Shown here: in pieces, positions 21,229 through 31,982 of the stretch
Layout: each line of letters begins with the position of its first letter
How positions within the stretch are numbered: position 1 is the stretch's first letter
Origin: Psammoneis japonica
Taxonomy: Eukaryota
Reading direction: 5' to 3'
Assembly (NCBI GenBank): GCA_008632985.1
Contig: QPGO01000390.1
Span: 1-33,923, forward strand
DNA: 33,923 nt
Program-made: the position numbers and the translations under genes
The notes under the pieces: model-generated
What the model was told of the DNA's origin: nothing
Databases searched by the model: none
Seen by the model: the letters and a program-made list of their open reading frames with translations, nothing else

Positions 21229-23655
21229 CTAACCTTTTCTAACTTTCTCCAAGCCACACAACAAGTACTTTTTACGCAAATCTCGACTTGATTTTGATTT
21301 CAAGTCCTTTTTAGCAACAGCATCCCACTCCCAATAAGGTACCGATAGTACGCGATACTTCTCTAGTTTCACCAGCTGGCGACGTTTTATTATCGTAGAC
21401 CCAGTTGGTGATCGATCAGAAAGAAAGTGGCTTGGTCCGTCCACTTCAATGGCAACGTCTCGGTTGTGACATCGAACTACTGCATCCAAGCTGTAGCCTA
21501 TATCCGTTCGGAATTCTTCCCTTGCGTTGAGTCCAAGGTCCGAAAGCGTCTTGACAACATCCTTCTGCAGCTTGGATGGATTGCCTTGTTTTTCAACAAA
21601 AGCCTCTCGACATCTCTGTTGTAAGTCGTAATCAAGCTGCAGCGAACTTCCATGCTCAAGACACCAAAGGCGCACTTGATGGAGTTGCCTTAAAGCCTCT
21701 ACAGATAAAAAGGCAGCATTTGAGCTGAAGGCCTTTATAAAGGGCGATGCATCTCCCATTAAAATGTCACTGCATTGGTCACAAACCGCGCATGCCCACA
21801 TCAAGTTTGCAAGGCCTTGCGGGGTGAAACTGCCCAATTTTGACACAGCTACTCCAGCTGTGGCATGAAAAAGCGACGGGGCCGAGTGTCCGACTGTGGC
21901 ACAGGCCCATGCCGTGTTTGCTATATCTTGAGGGTTGAAACTGTTTAAGCTTGACATTGCTTCTCCAGCTATGGCATCAAAAAGCGACGGCGCAGATTGT
22001 CCGACGGCAGCATAGGCCCATGCTGTGTTTGCCAGGGATTGAGGGGTGAAACTGTCCAATCTTGATATTGCTTCATCAGCAATAGCATCAAAAAGCGACG
22101 GGGCCGAGTGCCCGATGGTAGCATAGGCCCAAGCCGTGTTTGCTAGGCTTTGGGGGGTAAAATTGTCCCATCTTGGTATTGCTTCTTCAGCAATAGCATC
22201 AAAAAGTGACGGCGCAGATTGTCCGACGGTAGCATAGGCCCATGCTGTGTTTGCCAGGGATTGAGGGGTGAAACTGTCCAATCTTGATATTGCTTCTTCA
22301 GCAATAGCATCAAAAAGCGACGGGGCCGAGTGGCCGATGGTAGCATAGGCCCAAGCCGTGTTTGCTAGGCTTTGGGGGGTAAAATTGTCCAATCTTGGTA
22401 TTGCTTCTTCAGCAATAGCATCAAAAAGCGACAGGACCGAGTGCCCGATGGTAGCATAGGCCCAAGCCGTGTTTGCTAAGTTTTGGGGAGTGAAACTGTC
22501 CAATCTTGGTATTGCTTCTTCAGCAATAGCATCAAAAAGCGACGGGGCCGAGTGCCCGATGGTAGCATAGGCCCATGCCGTGTTTGCTAAGTTTTGGGGA
22601 GTGAAACTGTCCAATCTTGGTATTGCTTCTTCAGCAATAGCATCAAAGAGCGACGGCGCCGAGTGTCCAACTGTGGCATAGGCCCATGCCGTGTTTGCTA
22701 TTTCTTGCGGGTTGAAACTGCCCAATCTTGGTATTGCTTCTTCAGCAATAGCATCAAAAAGCGGCGGCGCCGTGTGTCCAACAGTGGCAAAGGCCCATGC
22801 CGTGTTTGCTATCGCTTGAGGGTTGAAACTGCCCAATCTTGGTATTGCTTCTTCAGCAATAGCATCAAAAAGCGGCGGCGCCGTGTGTCCAACAGTGGCA
22901 AAGGCCCATGCCATGTTTGCTATAGCTTGAGGGTTGAAATTGCTGATTTGTGTAACAGAGACATGAGCAACCTTGTCAAATAGTGTCGTCGACGTATGCC
23001 GAAACGTAGCAAATGCCCAGGCAATGTTGGAAATGTGTCTTGGAGACATGTCACCCAAAACAGAGAGCGTTCTCTCCTCCAAACTGTTCCATCCATCTCG
23101 GTCAATCGTGTACCTGCATGCTTTCGACATTTTGGAGATGCTGTGAATAGTCATCGCAAGCGATTTGGTATCAAAACCTCTGATGTTCTGAACGGAATGT
23201 TCGATCAGGCGTCGCAGCTGCTGCTCGTTCTCTCGAATACTTTTTCGCTCTTGCCTGTTGCTCAATGTAATAGTGCAAATTTGGTTCCAGCATATTGAAA
23301 TATCTCTTGGGCTCATTTTTGCTCCGTGAGCCTCGCGAACGTCCAGCACTTGTGAAACCCTGTCGAGATTTCTTAAATTTGGTAGCCTCCATTGATTTCG
23401 CTTTTTCTTCTGTTGTTTCAGCGGGAAGTAGAACGAGTCACCAGCAGAGCTCCCGGTCCGGTAATGTCGTTCAGTCGAAACAAGGTGCCGTGTTCTGTGG
23501 CTTGATGGCAGTTGTCGAGTTGCAGTAACGCTGCACGAATTTGGCAGCGAGACCAGGTGGATGGGATGGGCGAGAACAACTCCCACTTTTGTCGCGGCCC
23601 TTTGGCGAAACCCACAGCTAGTGTACACTGTGGAAGCTCTCGAGGATAGCATCAT
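21229..23655 (-). CDS. Helical-repeat (37-aa, HPR/OPR-like) RNA-binding protein with C-terminal RAP domain, probably organellar
   Basis: About 12 repeats FxPQxxANTAWAxATxGHxAPxLFDAIAEEAIPRLxx; RAP motifs GYSLDA, AIEVDGPSHF, KRRQL, VLSVPYWEW; Ser/Arg-rich N-terminus. Confidence 0.9.
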   Translation of the reverse strand: MMLSSRASTVYTSCGFRQRAATKVGVVLAHPIHLVSLPNSCSVTATRQLPSSHRTRHLVSTERHYRTGSSAGDSFYFPLKQQKKKRNQWRLPNLRNLDRVSQVLDVREAHGAKMSPRDISICWNQICTITLSNRQERKSIRENEQQLRRLIEHSVQNIRGFDTKSLAMTIHSISKMSKACRYTIDRDGWNSLEERTLSVLGDMSPRHISNIAWAFATFRHTSTTLFDKVAHVSVTQISNFNPQAIANMAWAFATVGHTAPPLFDAIAEEAIPRLGSFNPQAIANTAWAFATVGHTAPPLFDAIAEEAIPRLGSFNPQEIANTAWAYATVGHSAPSLFDAIAEEAIPRLDSFTPQNLANTAWAYATIGHSAPSLFDAIAEEAIPRLDSFTPQNLANTAWAYATIGHSVLSLFDAIAEEAIPRLDNFTPQSLANTAWAYATIGHSAPSLFDAIAEEAISRLDSFTPQSLANTAWAYATVGQSAPSLFDAIAEEAIPRWDNFTPQSLANTAWAYATIGHSAPSLFDAIADEAISRLDSFTPQSLANTAWAYAAVGQSAPSLFDAIAGEAMSSLNSFNPQDIANTAWACATVGHSAPSLFHATAGVAVSKLGSFTPQGLANLMWACAVCDQCSDILMGDASPFIKAFSSNAAFLSVEALRQLHQVRLWCLEHGSSLQLDYDLQQRCREAFVEKQGNPSKLQKDVVKTLSDLGLNAREEFRTDIGYSLDAVVRCHNRDVAIEVDGPSHFLSDRSPTGSTIIKRRQLVKLEKYRVLSVPYWEWDAVAKKDLKSKSSRDLRKKYLLCGLEKVRKG
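21785..23049 (-). repeat. 111-bp coding tandem repeat array
   Basis: Unit starts at 22938 and 21828 are exactly 10 x 111 bp apart; the units are near-identical at DNA level. Confidence 0.95.
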
Positions 23656-23899
23656 TGGTGATGGCTCTCTCTCTCTCTCAAGCAACTCTCATTGCCAAGA
23701 GGCCAAGATCAAAGTCTCGCTCGCTATTGCGAGACCTGAGATCTTCAATGCCGGTACAATCTGGAAAAAAAAAACCAAAAAATTGGGTGTCGCCACATGC
23801 AAGCAAGGAAAATCGCAGTGGCGGTCTGTCTGTACGATAATTTCTACGCATATTTTGTACTTTCGTCCGTCCATACCACCTTCCGTCCGCGCCGACCAA

Positions 23900-25400
23900 C
23901 CCGACTCCACGCCCATTTCAAACAATGTGGCTTCCATCAGCACGGGCGCAGCAACGGTTGCACAAGCTTTGAAACAGAAGATTGATGGCAGGAAAGAAAG
24001 CGACATCTTTTTGAAAGATTTTTATGTTCCTTCAGGTGAGCTGCACTTTGCTGCCAAGTAAAATGAAGCCAGGGATGTTTGGTGAGTGAAAAGAAAAGAA
24101 CTTGTTGACCAGATGAGAGAGCCAACACTCCCTCCTTGTCATGGTGTGCAGCACAAGAAAAAGCCATCAGCGGTTCTGTCTCACCACTGTGATTTCTCAA
24201 CATAAAAGTCTCTGTTTACAGTGTGATGAAGGAGCAGAGAAGCATCAGGCCACTGTGCCCACACCAGACGGAGCTCTCACACCAGCTGGGATGACTTTGA
24301 GCAGATGCTCGCCGAGCCCTTTGGTGGAGCCACAGGTGGTCATGTGCATGTTGCAGAAAATGTTCTAGATTTGCTCTCAAAATCTCTTTGCAACATTTGA
24401 TGAGTGATGAGAACAATGAAAAAAAGCACTTTTTACAAGTGCCATTTGTGAGAGCCTCTCCAAAATGGGGAGCTGACAAATGGAGCCCGTGACAAGGACA
24501 CGACTCTCATTGGGAGGTGACAGTTGTGGTTGTTCCTGATGTGTTCTCTGTGCACCAATCCAAGGATCAAGAAGTTGGCAACACACCAGCATCAGCAGTG
24601 GAAGCAAAAGACAGCCACAATCTTGGTTGACTCTGAACATGGTTGGGGATGTCCATTCAGATGATCAGAGCCATGTTGGTCACCCATTTGTGCAGAGCTC
24701 TTTGGCTGTGTGATTGACAAGAAAGTTGGTTGCGGGGTGCTGCACTCAGCAAGCAAGACTTTCTTTGTTTGTTTTGATGGGAAGGTTGTTGCCTGTCTGT
24801 GAAAGCAACCTGGCATGCATGGCACACGACGTGTGAGCAACGTCACCTCACAGCTTGGGCACTGTTCTTCTGAGCTGCTGAGTGAGATGCACATGGGACA
24901 AGAGGCAAAGAATTCTTGAAAGATTGGTGTGACCACACACCATTGCAGCATCCAAAGACCCAAACACAAAGCAGAGCAGCACATGTCCCAACTTGAGACA
25001 GTGGCAACGATGATGACCAGGGTGACAACACCGATGGCGGCAATGGAGATGAGAATGAAAACAACAGAGCTGAAAGCACTGGGTCCAACAGGTGACAAAG
25101 AACAACCGCCAGGGTCTTTGTTTGTCACAATGCATTCCTGGGAAATGCTTCAAGACACACAAAAAGGCGAGTGGGGCATCCAAAAGAGTCACATCGATTT
25201 GATGGCAATGAGCTTCAAGAGACAGCTTCACCAAATCTTGAGAGAATGGAGACCCCAAAGTTGATCTTTGTTGCTTATTTTGAGTTTGAAAAGCAGGACT
25301 TTTTCCCTTGTGACCCTTTGAGGATTTACGCGACAAACGGCATTTAGCCACCGGTCGCAATGGTGACGTCTTTGTGGTGTGTGTCAAAGGCAAAAAGCAC
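23900..25400. other. TpA-depleted hypermutated domain 3, unidentified relic
   Basis: No TA found by eye in ~24440-25270; broken ORFs; no recognised motif. Confidence 0.8.
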
Positions 25401-26088
25401 GCGGTGAAGAAGTTTGATTTGAGCAGAAATTACAAGTCCTGCGAGAGAGAGTGAGAGGTTCTCGCCTACAAAGTTCTCCGCGATGTTTGGGGCAAGTGTG
25501 TTCCCTCCCTCGAGTGCTTTAGTGCCTCTGTCTCCGGCAAAGTTCGATTCTTGGTAATGACACTGGGTCGTGAACCAAAGAATGTTCTATTGCGTACATG
25601 TCGAACGTTGATGGGTAAATTGGAGGAAGAATACGGATTCAGCCATCTCGACAATGACTGCAGGCGAAATTGTATTAAGTGAACGAAAGGATAAAATGTT
25701 AGTTGACTTTGAATCCTGGGAAGATACATCTGCTGTTGACTACGCTTGAGATGGCCCCTCGTCATCTAGCTATGGGCTACGCCGATGCCGTGGACTTGCG
25801 GGAGCCTTTGTTTGCGATAAAGACAGTACAGTACAGTGCAGAATTCAGAGAGAAAGCGCGGATTTGTAAACTTTTTTTGCTTAAAATCATCGGTACGTGT
25901 ACAAATCGATTGTCGCCGCTGTAAACAAGTGGTGCGGTAAGGGATACCTGAACATTTCGAAAAGCGTGTAAGATGTTTTTACGGAGGAAGCTTCATTCAT
26001 CAAACGATCCGGTGCTATACCTTGTGTCCAGGTTTCAATGCGCAACCGATACAACATCGTTTCCTCTCCTGTACGGTCTCCTTTCTCC

Positions 26089-28049
26089 CTATCCTACGTG
26101 AACGCTCTTGTCTGGTGCACTCGTCTGTAAAACAGCGAGAATACCCTCATCGTACAGCGCTTGAGCAATCGCCATTTTGTCTTCAATATCATTATGCACC
26201 AAGTCCTGAACTTGGATCCAGCGTGGTTCTACCGTGGTCAAGAGCGCCTCGAGTGCTGGGGCGTCGACCATTTCAAACTCCATGGGACTTAGAGGATTAC
26301 CTTGATAGACACGAGAGTTGTCCATGCAGTGATACAAAACAGCCTTGTCGTCCTCCAAGGCCAATCGAGCAATCCCCGGGCGGACCAGCCGACACAGAGT
26401 GTTGGGCCAAATCTTGCCCCCGGGAGAGTCTTCGTTTGTCATGGACGCCTCATTCGGAGTAAGAGCAGGAGGCAACCGGTCGGATATAAACCGTTTTCCA
26501 ATTTGTCGCATCCGCCGTCAAGCATGGACATGGCCTATCATAGGAAAGGATTCATAAGAAGCATTAGAGTACGGACTATGAATAGGCAAAGCCTACTACA
26601 GTAACCAACTTTGTGTACCACTCACCTCCATGCAGACTCTCATGATTCGTTTCTTGGCCTCTTGCCGAAACTCTTCCCGCAGTGCATTCTTTCTCTCTTG
26701 CTCTGATATTGCCCTAGTTCCTTCCTTCTCTGCTGCATCCATTTGATTATTTGTTTCATCACTACTGTGAATGATTCCCATGTAATTCAAAAAGTTTCGC
26801 GGTAACCCTTCCCGAAGACTGGTGGACGTTTCACTTTGTGCGGCAGATTCGAGTGCCTCAGGTAGTAACAATTCCAACAAGTCCACCCACGCCCACGTTT
26901 GCATGGCACTCACTGTCAAGTGCAACGAATGCTCATCAGCAGTGGTAGTACACGCTTGATGGATCCATCCCCGTGGCATGTAAAGCAAATCACCCGGTCC
27001 CAACGTGACGTCCAAAACGGGTTCGGCGGACTTTATTTCGTCTTGTGTATAATCCCGTGAACTCGTTCGGGGCAATGTCTCGGCACGATTCAGCGGAGGA
27101 TACACTTTCCATTGTTTGGATCCTCGATTGAAGGACAAAGGCTTCGATATCATCGTAATGAGGCGCAAATCCCTGAGACGACCGTGGCGGTGTCAAGTAG
27201 GCATTGGCACCGACCATGCAATTCCATTCCAATTCCAATGTCGACAATAAGGAATGAATGGCATCAAAATGCAAATGCGGACACAACAATCGTATCGAAC
27301 AACCATTGTCATTGTATTGGACCACACGTCCTTGGCGTCGGCCGCGACAAACGTATCTTGGTTATTGGAAACAAGATCCAACGTGACGCGTTGTTGTGTC
27401 CCGTCGTTTCGTCCACATTGTAGCGTGTCACATTTAAATCACGGCCATAACAGAGAGTTTCCGTGTCGAGTAGCTTGCGAATACCCTCCAAACTCATGAG
27501 GGGTTGAAAACGGCGTTGCTTGTCACCTTGTACCAAATATGGCTTTTGTTCCCAATAGTCGTTGTAAAATTCTTGTACGGAAATACCCAACATGGATTGC
27601 AGCAAACATCGTGCTCGCATGGTCGATGTGAGTTCGTTTTGTACTAAATGCGTACGGCGTGCACGTCCAATCGGATCCACGTCCTTTTCCTCAATTTCGT
27701 CTAGCAGCAAAAGTTGAGCAACAGACAGTTTCGAGACAATTTCTCAATCTCGGCTTCTGATGATCGTCATTCTGTTGGCTCTGTCTGCTGCTGGCAACCT
27801 CATCATCTGTTGCTGCTCCTCTTTTTCGGAGGATTCGTTTCTTGTTTTNTTGACAGTAGCATCGCTTGATTCATGCTTCTTTTTTTGTTTCTTCTTCTCG
27901 GTCGGCCGCACGTCCTGCTCCTCTACAATCACTTTATCGTTTGTTTCTTTTTCTTTTCGTTTCTGCTGTTTTTGTCGTTTCTTGGCACGCTTCTTGGCTG
28001 CTCGAGACATGCCACTGCTATTAACCGTTTCTTGCTTATTACTCTTCAT
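26089..28049 (-). CDS. RIOX1: JmjC ribosomal oxygenase NO66/RIOX1 (intron and several apparent frameshifts)
   Basis: Lys-rich N-terminus; [89 protein letters not shown] intron at ~26625-26535; N at 27849. Confidence 0.85.
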
Positions 28050-28409
28050 GGTGTTCGTTTTGTTACTACAATGGGAAGGCGTCTACTGCATCTATCATCT
28101 ATCAAATCGCAAATCGCCAAAAATCAAAAAATGAGTGGACCTCAGCATCATTGAAAAGTATTCGTCTGAATATATTTGGATTGAATTTTCAAAAAGACAT
28201 GCGTCGGAGGGAATTCCCGTAGCCACTCGTACGAATTCTACACAAAGATCCAACCACGTGTAAACAGCACGACAAAAACACACATATCCATACCGTACAC
28301 ACAGTCATCGCCGCATTGCTTGCCGTTTCATTCCTTCACCAACACGACTATCGGCGTTTTACCTATTGTCGGTTCATACTTACCGTCTAACACAACAACA
28401 ACAATAACC

Positions 28410-30501
28410 ATGGCTACGGTCGACGCTTCCAATTCGTGTATTCCTCCATCCCATCCCTTGGTGGCATCGGTACCACCTCTACCACTGGCAACCCGTGGTG
28501 AACCCCTCGTGTTGCACGGCAAACCGGGACGCATCAATTCCGAGCAATCTCTGTTGTTGTATACAAGTGGCAAACTCGTGGTGGTTCGTGATTTAACTAC
28601 TACAACACTTCCGTTGGTGTATCGAGGACACCAGGCTCCCGTGACGGTTGCCAAATTCAGTCCGTCCGGTGCGTACATTGCTTCGGGTGACGCCCGTGGC
28701 AAGTTGCGTGTCTGGTCCTATGATACAGACGAGCATTTGCCGAAACTCAATCTCCAAATCTTGGCGGGACCCAATTGCGATGTGGATTGGGATTTTGAAT
28801 CCAAACGAATTGTTGTCGTGGGACAAGCTCAAGGTGAATGTGCTCGTGTCATTCAATGGGATACGGGCGTATCATGTGGAACGTTGGGTCAATACAGTCG
28901 TGGACGTGCGTCCACGTGTGCGTTGAAACCCAATCGACCCATGCGTATCGTGACGGGTAGTGGTATGGATGATGCGACACTCCATCTCAATAGTGGTCCA
29001 CCCTTTCAACGAGTCTTATTGGACGAACAGTCGTCATCGGAACAACAAGCACAAGCACCACACACCAAGGCCATTAATTGTGTCCGATACAATCCGGATG
29101 GTACCATGGTGGCATCGGTATCCAGTGACAAGTCCGTTTGTTTGTTGGATGGCAAGACACTCGTGTTGCAAACCAAATTGCAACACGTTCATCATGCCAA
29201 CATTTATGCCTGTGATTGGAGCTCATGTGGAAAGTATCTAATCACGTGTTCGGCCGATGGGACGGTCAAGATTTTGAGTGTATCTACCGAACAACTATGT
29301 GTTGTTCATACCTATGAAAACATGTATTCTACAACCGATTCTTTCAAGGTACCCTTGGGTGGAATGCAAATGGGATGTGCCTTTTGCAAGGACAATGTAC
29401 CTGTATCGGTAGCACTCAATGGTCAAATTACAATTTGGCCCAAACCAGCGTGTCTTCTCATGGGTGGCGATGATTCTAGTGATCCAATTGNACGGGTCAA
29501 CGGCACCCATTGCGGATTTGCCATTTCTCAATCAAACTACATGATGTATACGGGTGATACAGACGGTGTCTTGGTCAAGTGGAATGTGGCAGATTGTCGT
29601 GCCATTTCGAGATTTGAGTTTCCAAAACGACGACGACGCCTTTTACAAGATTCACATGGGTGCGTTTCGGCCATGACGGTTGTGGGGGATGATACCGTAT
29701 TGAGTGTTGGATGGGATGATGTAGTGAGAGTATCGACCTTGGATGGGACAGTGTTGCCAGAAAAGACCTTGCAGTTGGAATCACAGCCCAATGCAATAGT
29801 TACGGGTACATCTGTTGTTGGTTTGTACCGTGGGTGGATTGCTGCTCATAAAAGGTAATGTGCTGATGCCTATATTCTGTGTATTGTAAGTGCGTACAAA
29901 TATTTGAGGGTCTCACTCAAGTTTTTTTTTTTCAGACGGCGCCATGGCATCCGATTTGATCCCATTGGACTATGCGGCATTGTCAGTTTGCTTATCGTCC
30001 GACGATACCACCCTCTACGTGGGTGGTGACGATTGCAAAATTCACGTTTACTCCGTGGTGGAATCCTATAGTAAATTGGAACAAGTCTTGGAGGAGGGTG
30101 GTCATTTAAAACCCATTCATGCCTTGGCCTTGTCACCCGATGGATCGAAATTGGCATCGGCCGATGTTCGAGATGTTTGTGTCTTTGACACTACCGGTGG
30201 CTTGTTGACTCCCATTGTTTCGAAATCCCGTTGGTGTTTTCATACACAACGTGTCACGTGTCTATCGTGGTACAATCAAGAACTCTTGGCCAGTGGTGGA
30301 GCGGACGATTCTATTTATCTATGGAATTTGGCAAGAAAGACCAAGCGCATTCATTATGCTTTTTCACATCGGGGTGGAGTGACGGGGTTGGAATTTTTGA
30401 CTACTAGCGACGATGATAGTATCAAGCTTGTTTCGGTTGGTGTTGATGCCTGTGTGAATCAGTGGGATGTTACCAAGGATGTTGCCGAGAAATTTGGGTG
30501 A
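28410..30501 (+). CDS. AIP1: Actin-interacting protein 1 / WDR1 (WD40)
   Basis: PLPLATRG, YRGH..VTVAKFSPSGAYIASGD, KPNRPMRIVTG, GPPF, INCVRYNPDG, SRWCFHTQRV, LASGGADDSIYLW. Intron 29855-29935; apparent frameshift at ~29815; N at 29491. Confidence 0.85.
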
Positions 30502-30619
30502 GGAAAAAAAAGTAAGGGAGCCTCCTCAATGCAGGGAATGCAATACTAGTAGTAATGGGCGTATTTGCGTCATTTGATTTCTTAGAAGTAAATCTAGTCT
30601 GAACTTGTTCTTATTGCCA

Positions 30620-31579
30620 TTAGGAAGGAGCATTCGTAGCGCCCGGAAAGGCCGTGGTGGCTCTGACGAGTCGCTGCGATAGAAACTTCATGACTACTTG
30701 CATTTCTGATTTTGTTGAAATCATGCCTTGTCCCTTGTTGGGTTCAACGTGAACTTGAACCTTGTCATTTCCATATGCTTGCTTGGCTTGTTTTGCCATG
30801 GTTGGTGTGAATGAAGTATTGTTGGATCCCACCAATAGCAGTACTGGTGTAGCAGCACTCTTGCTGTCTACTACAAAAGGCTCTCGTGATGTTTCGGCAC
30901 CATTCATCAAGCCGCCAGCGACACAAATCGCTCCACCAAGAGCTGGTCTGCTTTCTCGACACCATTCGTGGCATGTCGACATGGCCAAGGTAGCCCCAGC
31001 TCCATAGCCCAAAAGGAAGATTCGTTCTGCAACCCAACCCTCCAACAGTAACTCTACTAGCTGTATCATTTTTCTTGTCGCCTCTTGGAGAGATTCTATT
31101 CTTTCTCTACTATCCAGAGACAAGGGCTCGCCGGTATTGTAATTTATTTCGTGAAACCACGTACATCCCAAGCCCAACGGCAATTGCACGAAATGCTTGG
31201 CATTCCATGATAGTGTCGCTGTTTGTGGCAAGGCCATGGTTTGCCCCAGTCGATCAAACGAAACATGAGTATCACCCGCACCGTGCAACAATACCAAGAG
31301 ATTGGTATTAGGTTGATGAGCCGGTGCGTGGCGATACAAGTAGACCGACTTGCGTTCTTGTTTGGGAGTGCCCGACAGTAAGAATTTCTTGGCTGCCTTG
31401 GGGAGTTGTTGACGAGAGGGAGGATTGAGCACTTGTGCAGCAGCTGGGACCGACGATAATGAAGCTTCTTGTGGTTGATCGAGTAAGGAAATTGGGCCGA
31501 CGTCTTGCCACTGCTCTTCACCTGTTGATGACGTGCCTTTCTTAACTTCGAGATGGACTGTTCCTATGGGCTTTGACAT
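30620..31579 (-). CDS. Phospholipase/carboxylesterase-family alpha/beta-hydrolase-fold protein, probably non-catalytic
   Basis: NLLVLLHGAGD, MALPQTA, RIFLLGYGAGA, EMQVVMKFL. Confidence 0.75.
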   Translation of the reverse strand: MSKPIGTVHLEVKKGTSSTGEEQWQDVGPISLLDQPQEASLSSVPAAAQVLNPPSRQQLPKAAKKFLLSGTPKQERKSVYLYRHAPAHQPNTNLLVLLHGAGDTHVSFDRLGQTMALPQTATLSWNAKHFVQLPLGLGCTWFHEINYNTGEPLSLDSRERIESLQEATRKMIQLVELLLEGWVAERIFLLGYGAGATLAMSTCHEWCRESRPALGGAICVAGGLMNGAETSREPFVVDSKSAATPVLLLVGSNNTSFTPTMAKQAKQAYGNDKVQVHVEPNKGQGMISTKSEMQVVMKFLSQRLVRATTAFPGATNAPS

Positions 31580-31982
31580 GACAATATAGGTTCAAAATAT
31601 TGCGTTGCGCTTGCCATTGCGGAGTGGGGGAGGGAAAGTTATCAGCTCGCTCGCTCGCTCCCGCTCAACGCGACGACGTCATCATCTCACGGTCTACAGT
31701 AGGGCCCTATGTACCAGTATGTTGTCTTATTTTCTCTCTGATTGCTGAAGTTTGATTATTTACAAGCATTATCAGTATAAAATTTCTACGAAATGTATGT
31801 ACGAGTCGTGCGCTTATGTCCTAAGTTCCTAAATAATTTGAAATTTAACGGAAATCAATAAGTAATTACCTCGACCTCACAAAATCTTGGTCACCCTCGC
31901 TCTGTTGGTGTCACAAATTTGCGGTCGTGCAAAATAGCAAGACCAAAAATAGCGAACACCCCAAACGCGCCCAAGCAGCACG

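Noticed and set aside
21785..23049. CRISPR-like array
   Set aside because: Units are contiguous in-frame 111-bp coding repeats with no unique spacers, in a eukaryotic gene.
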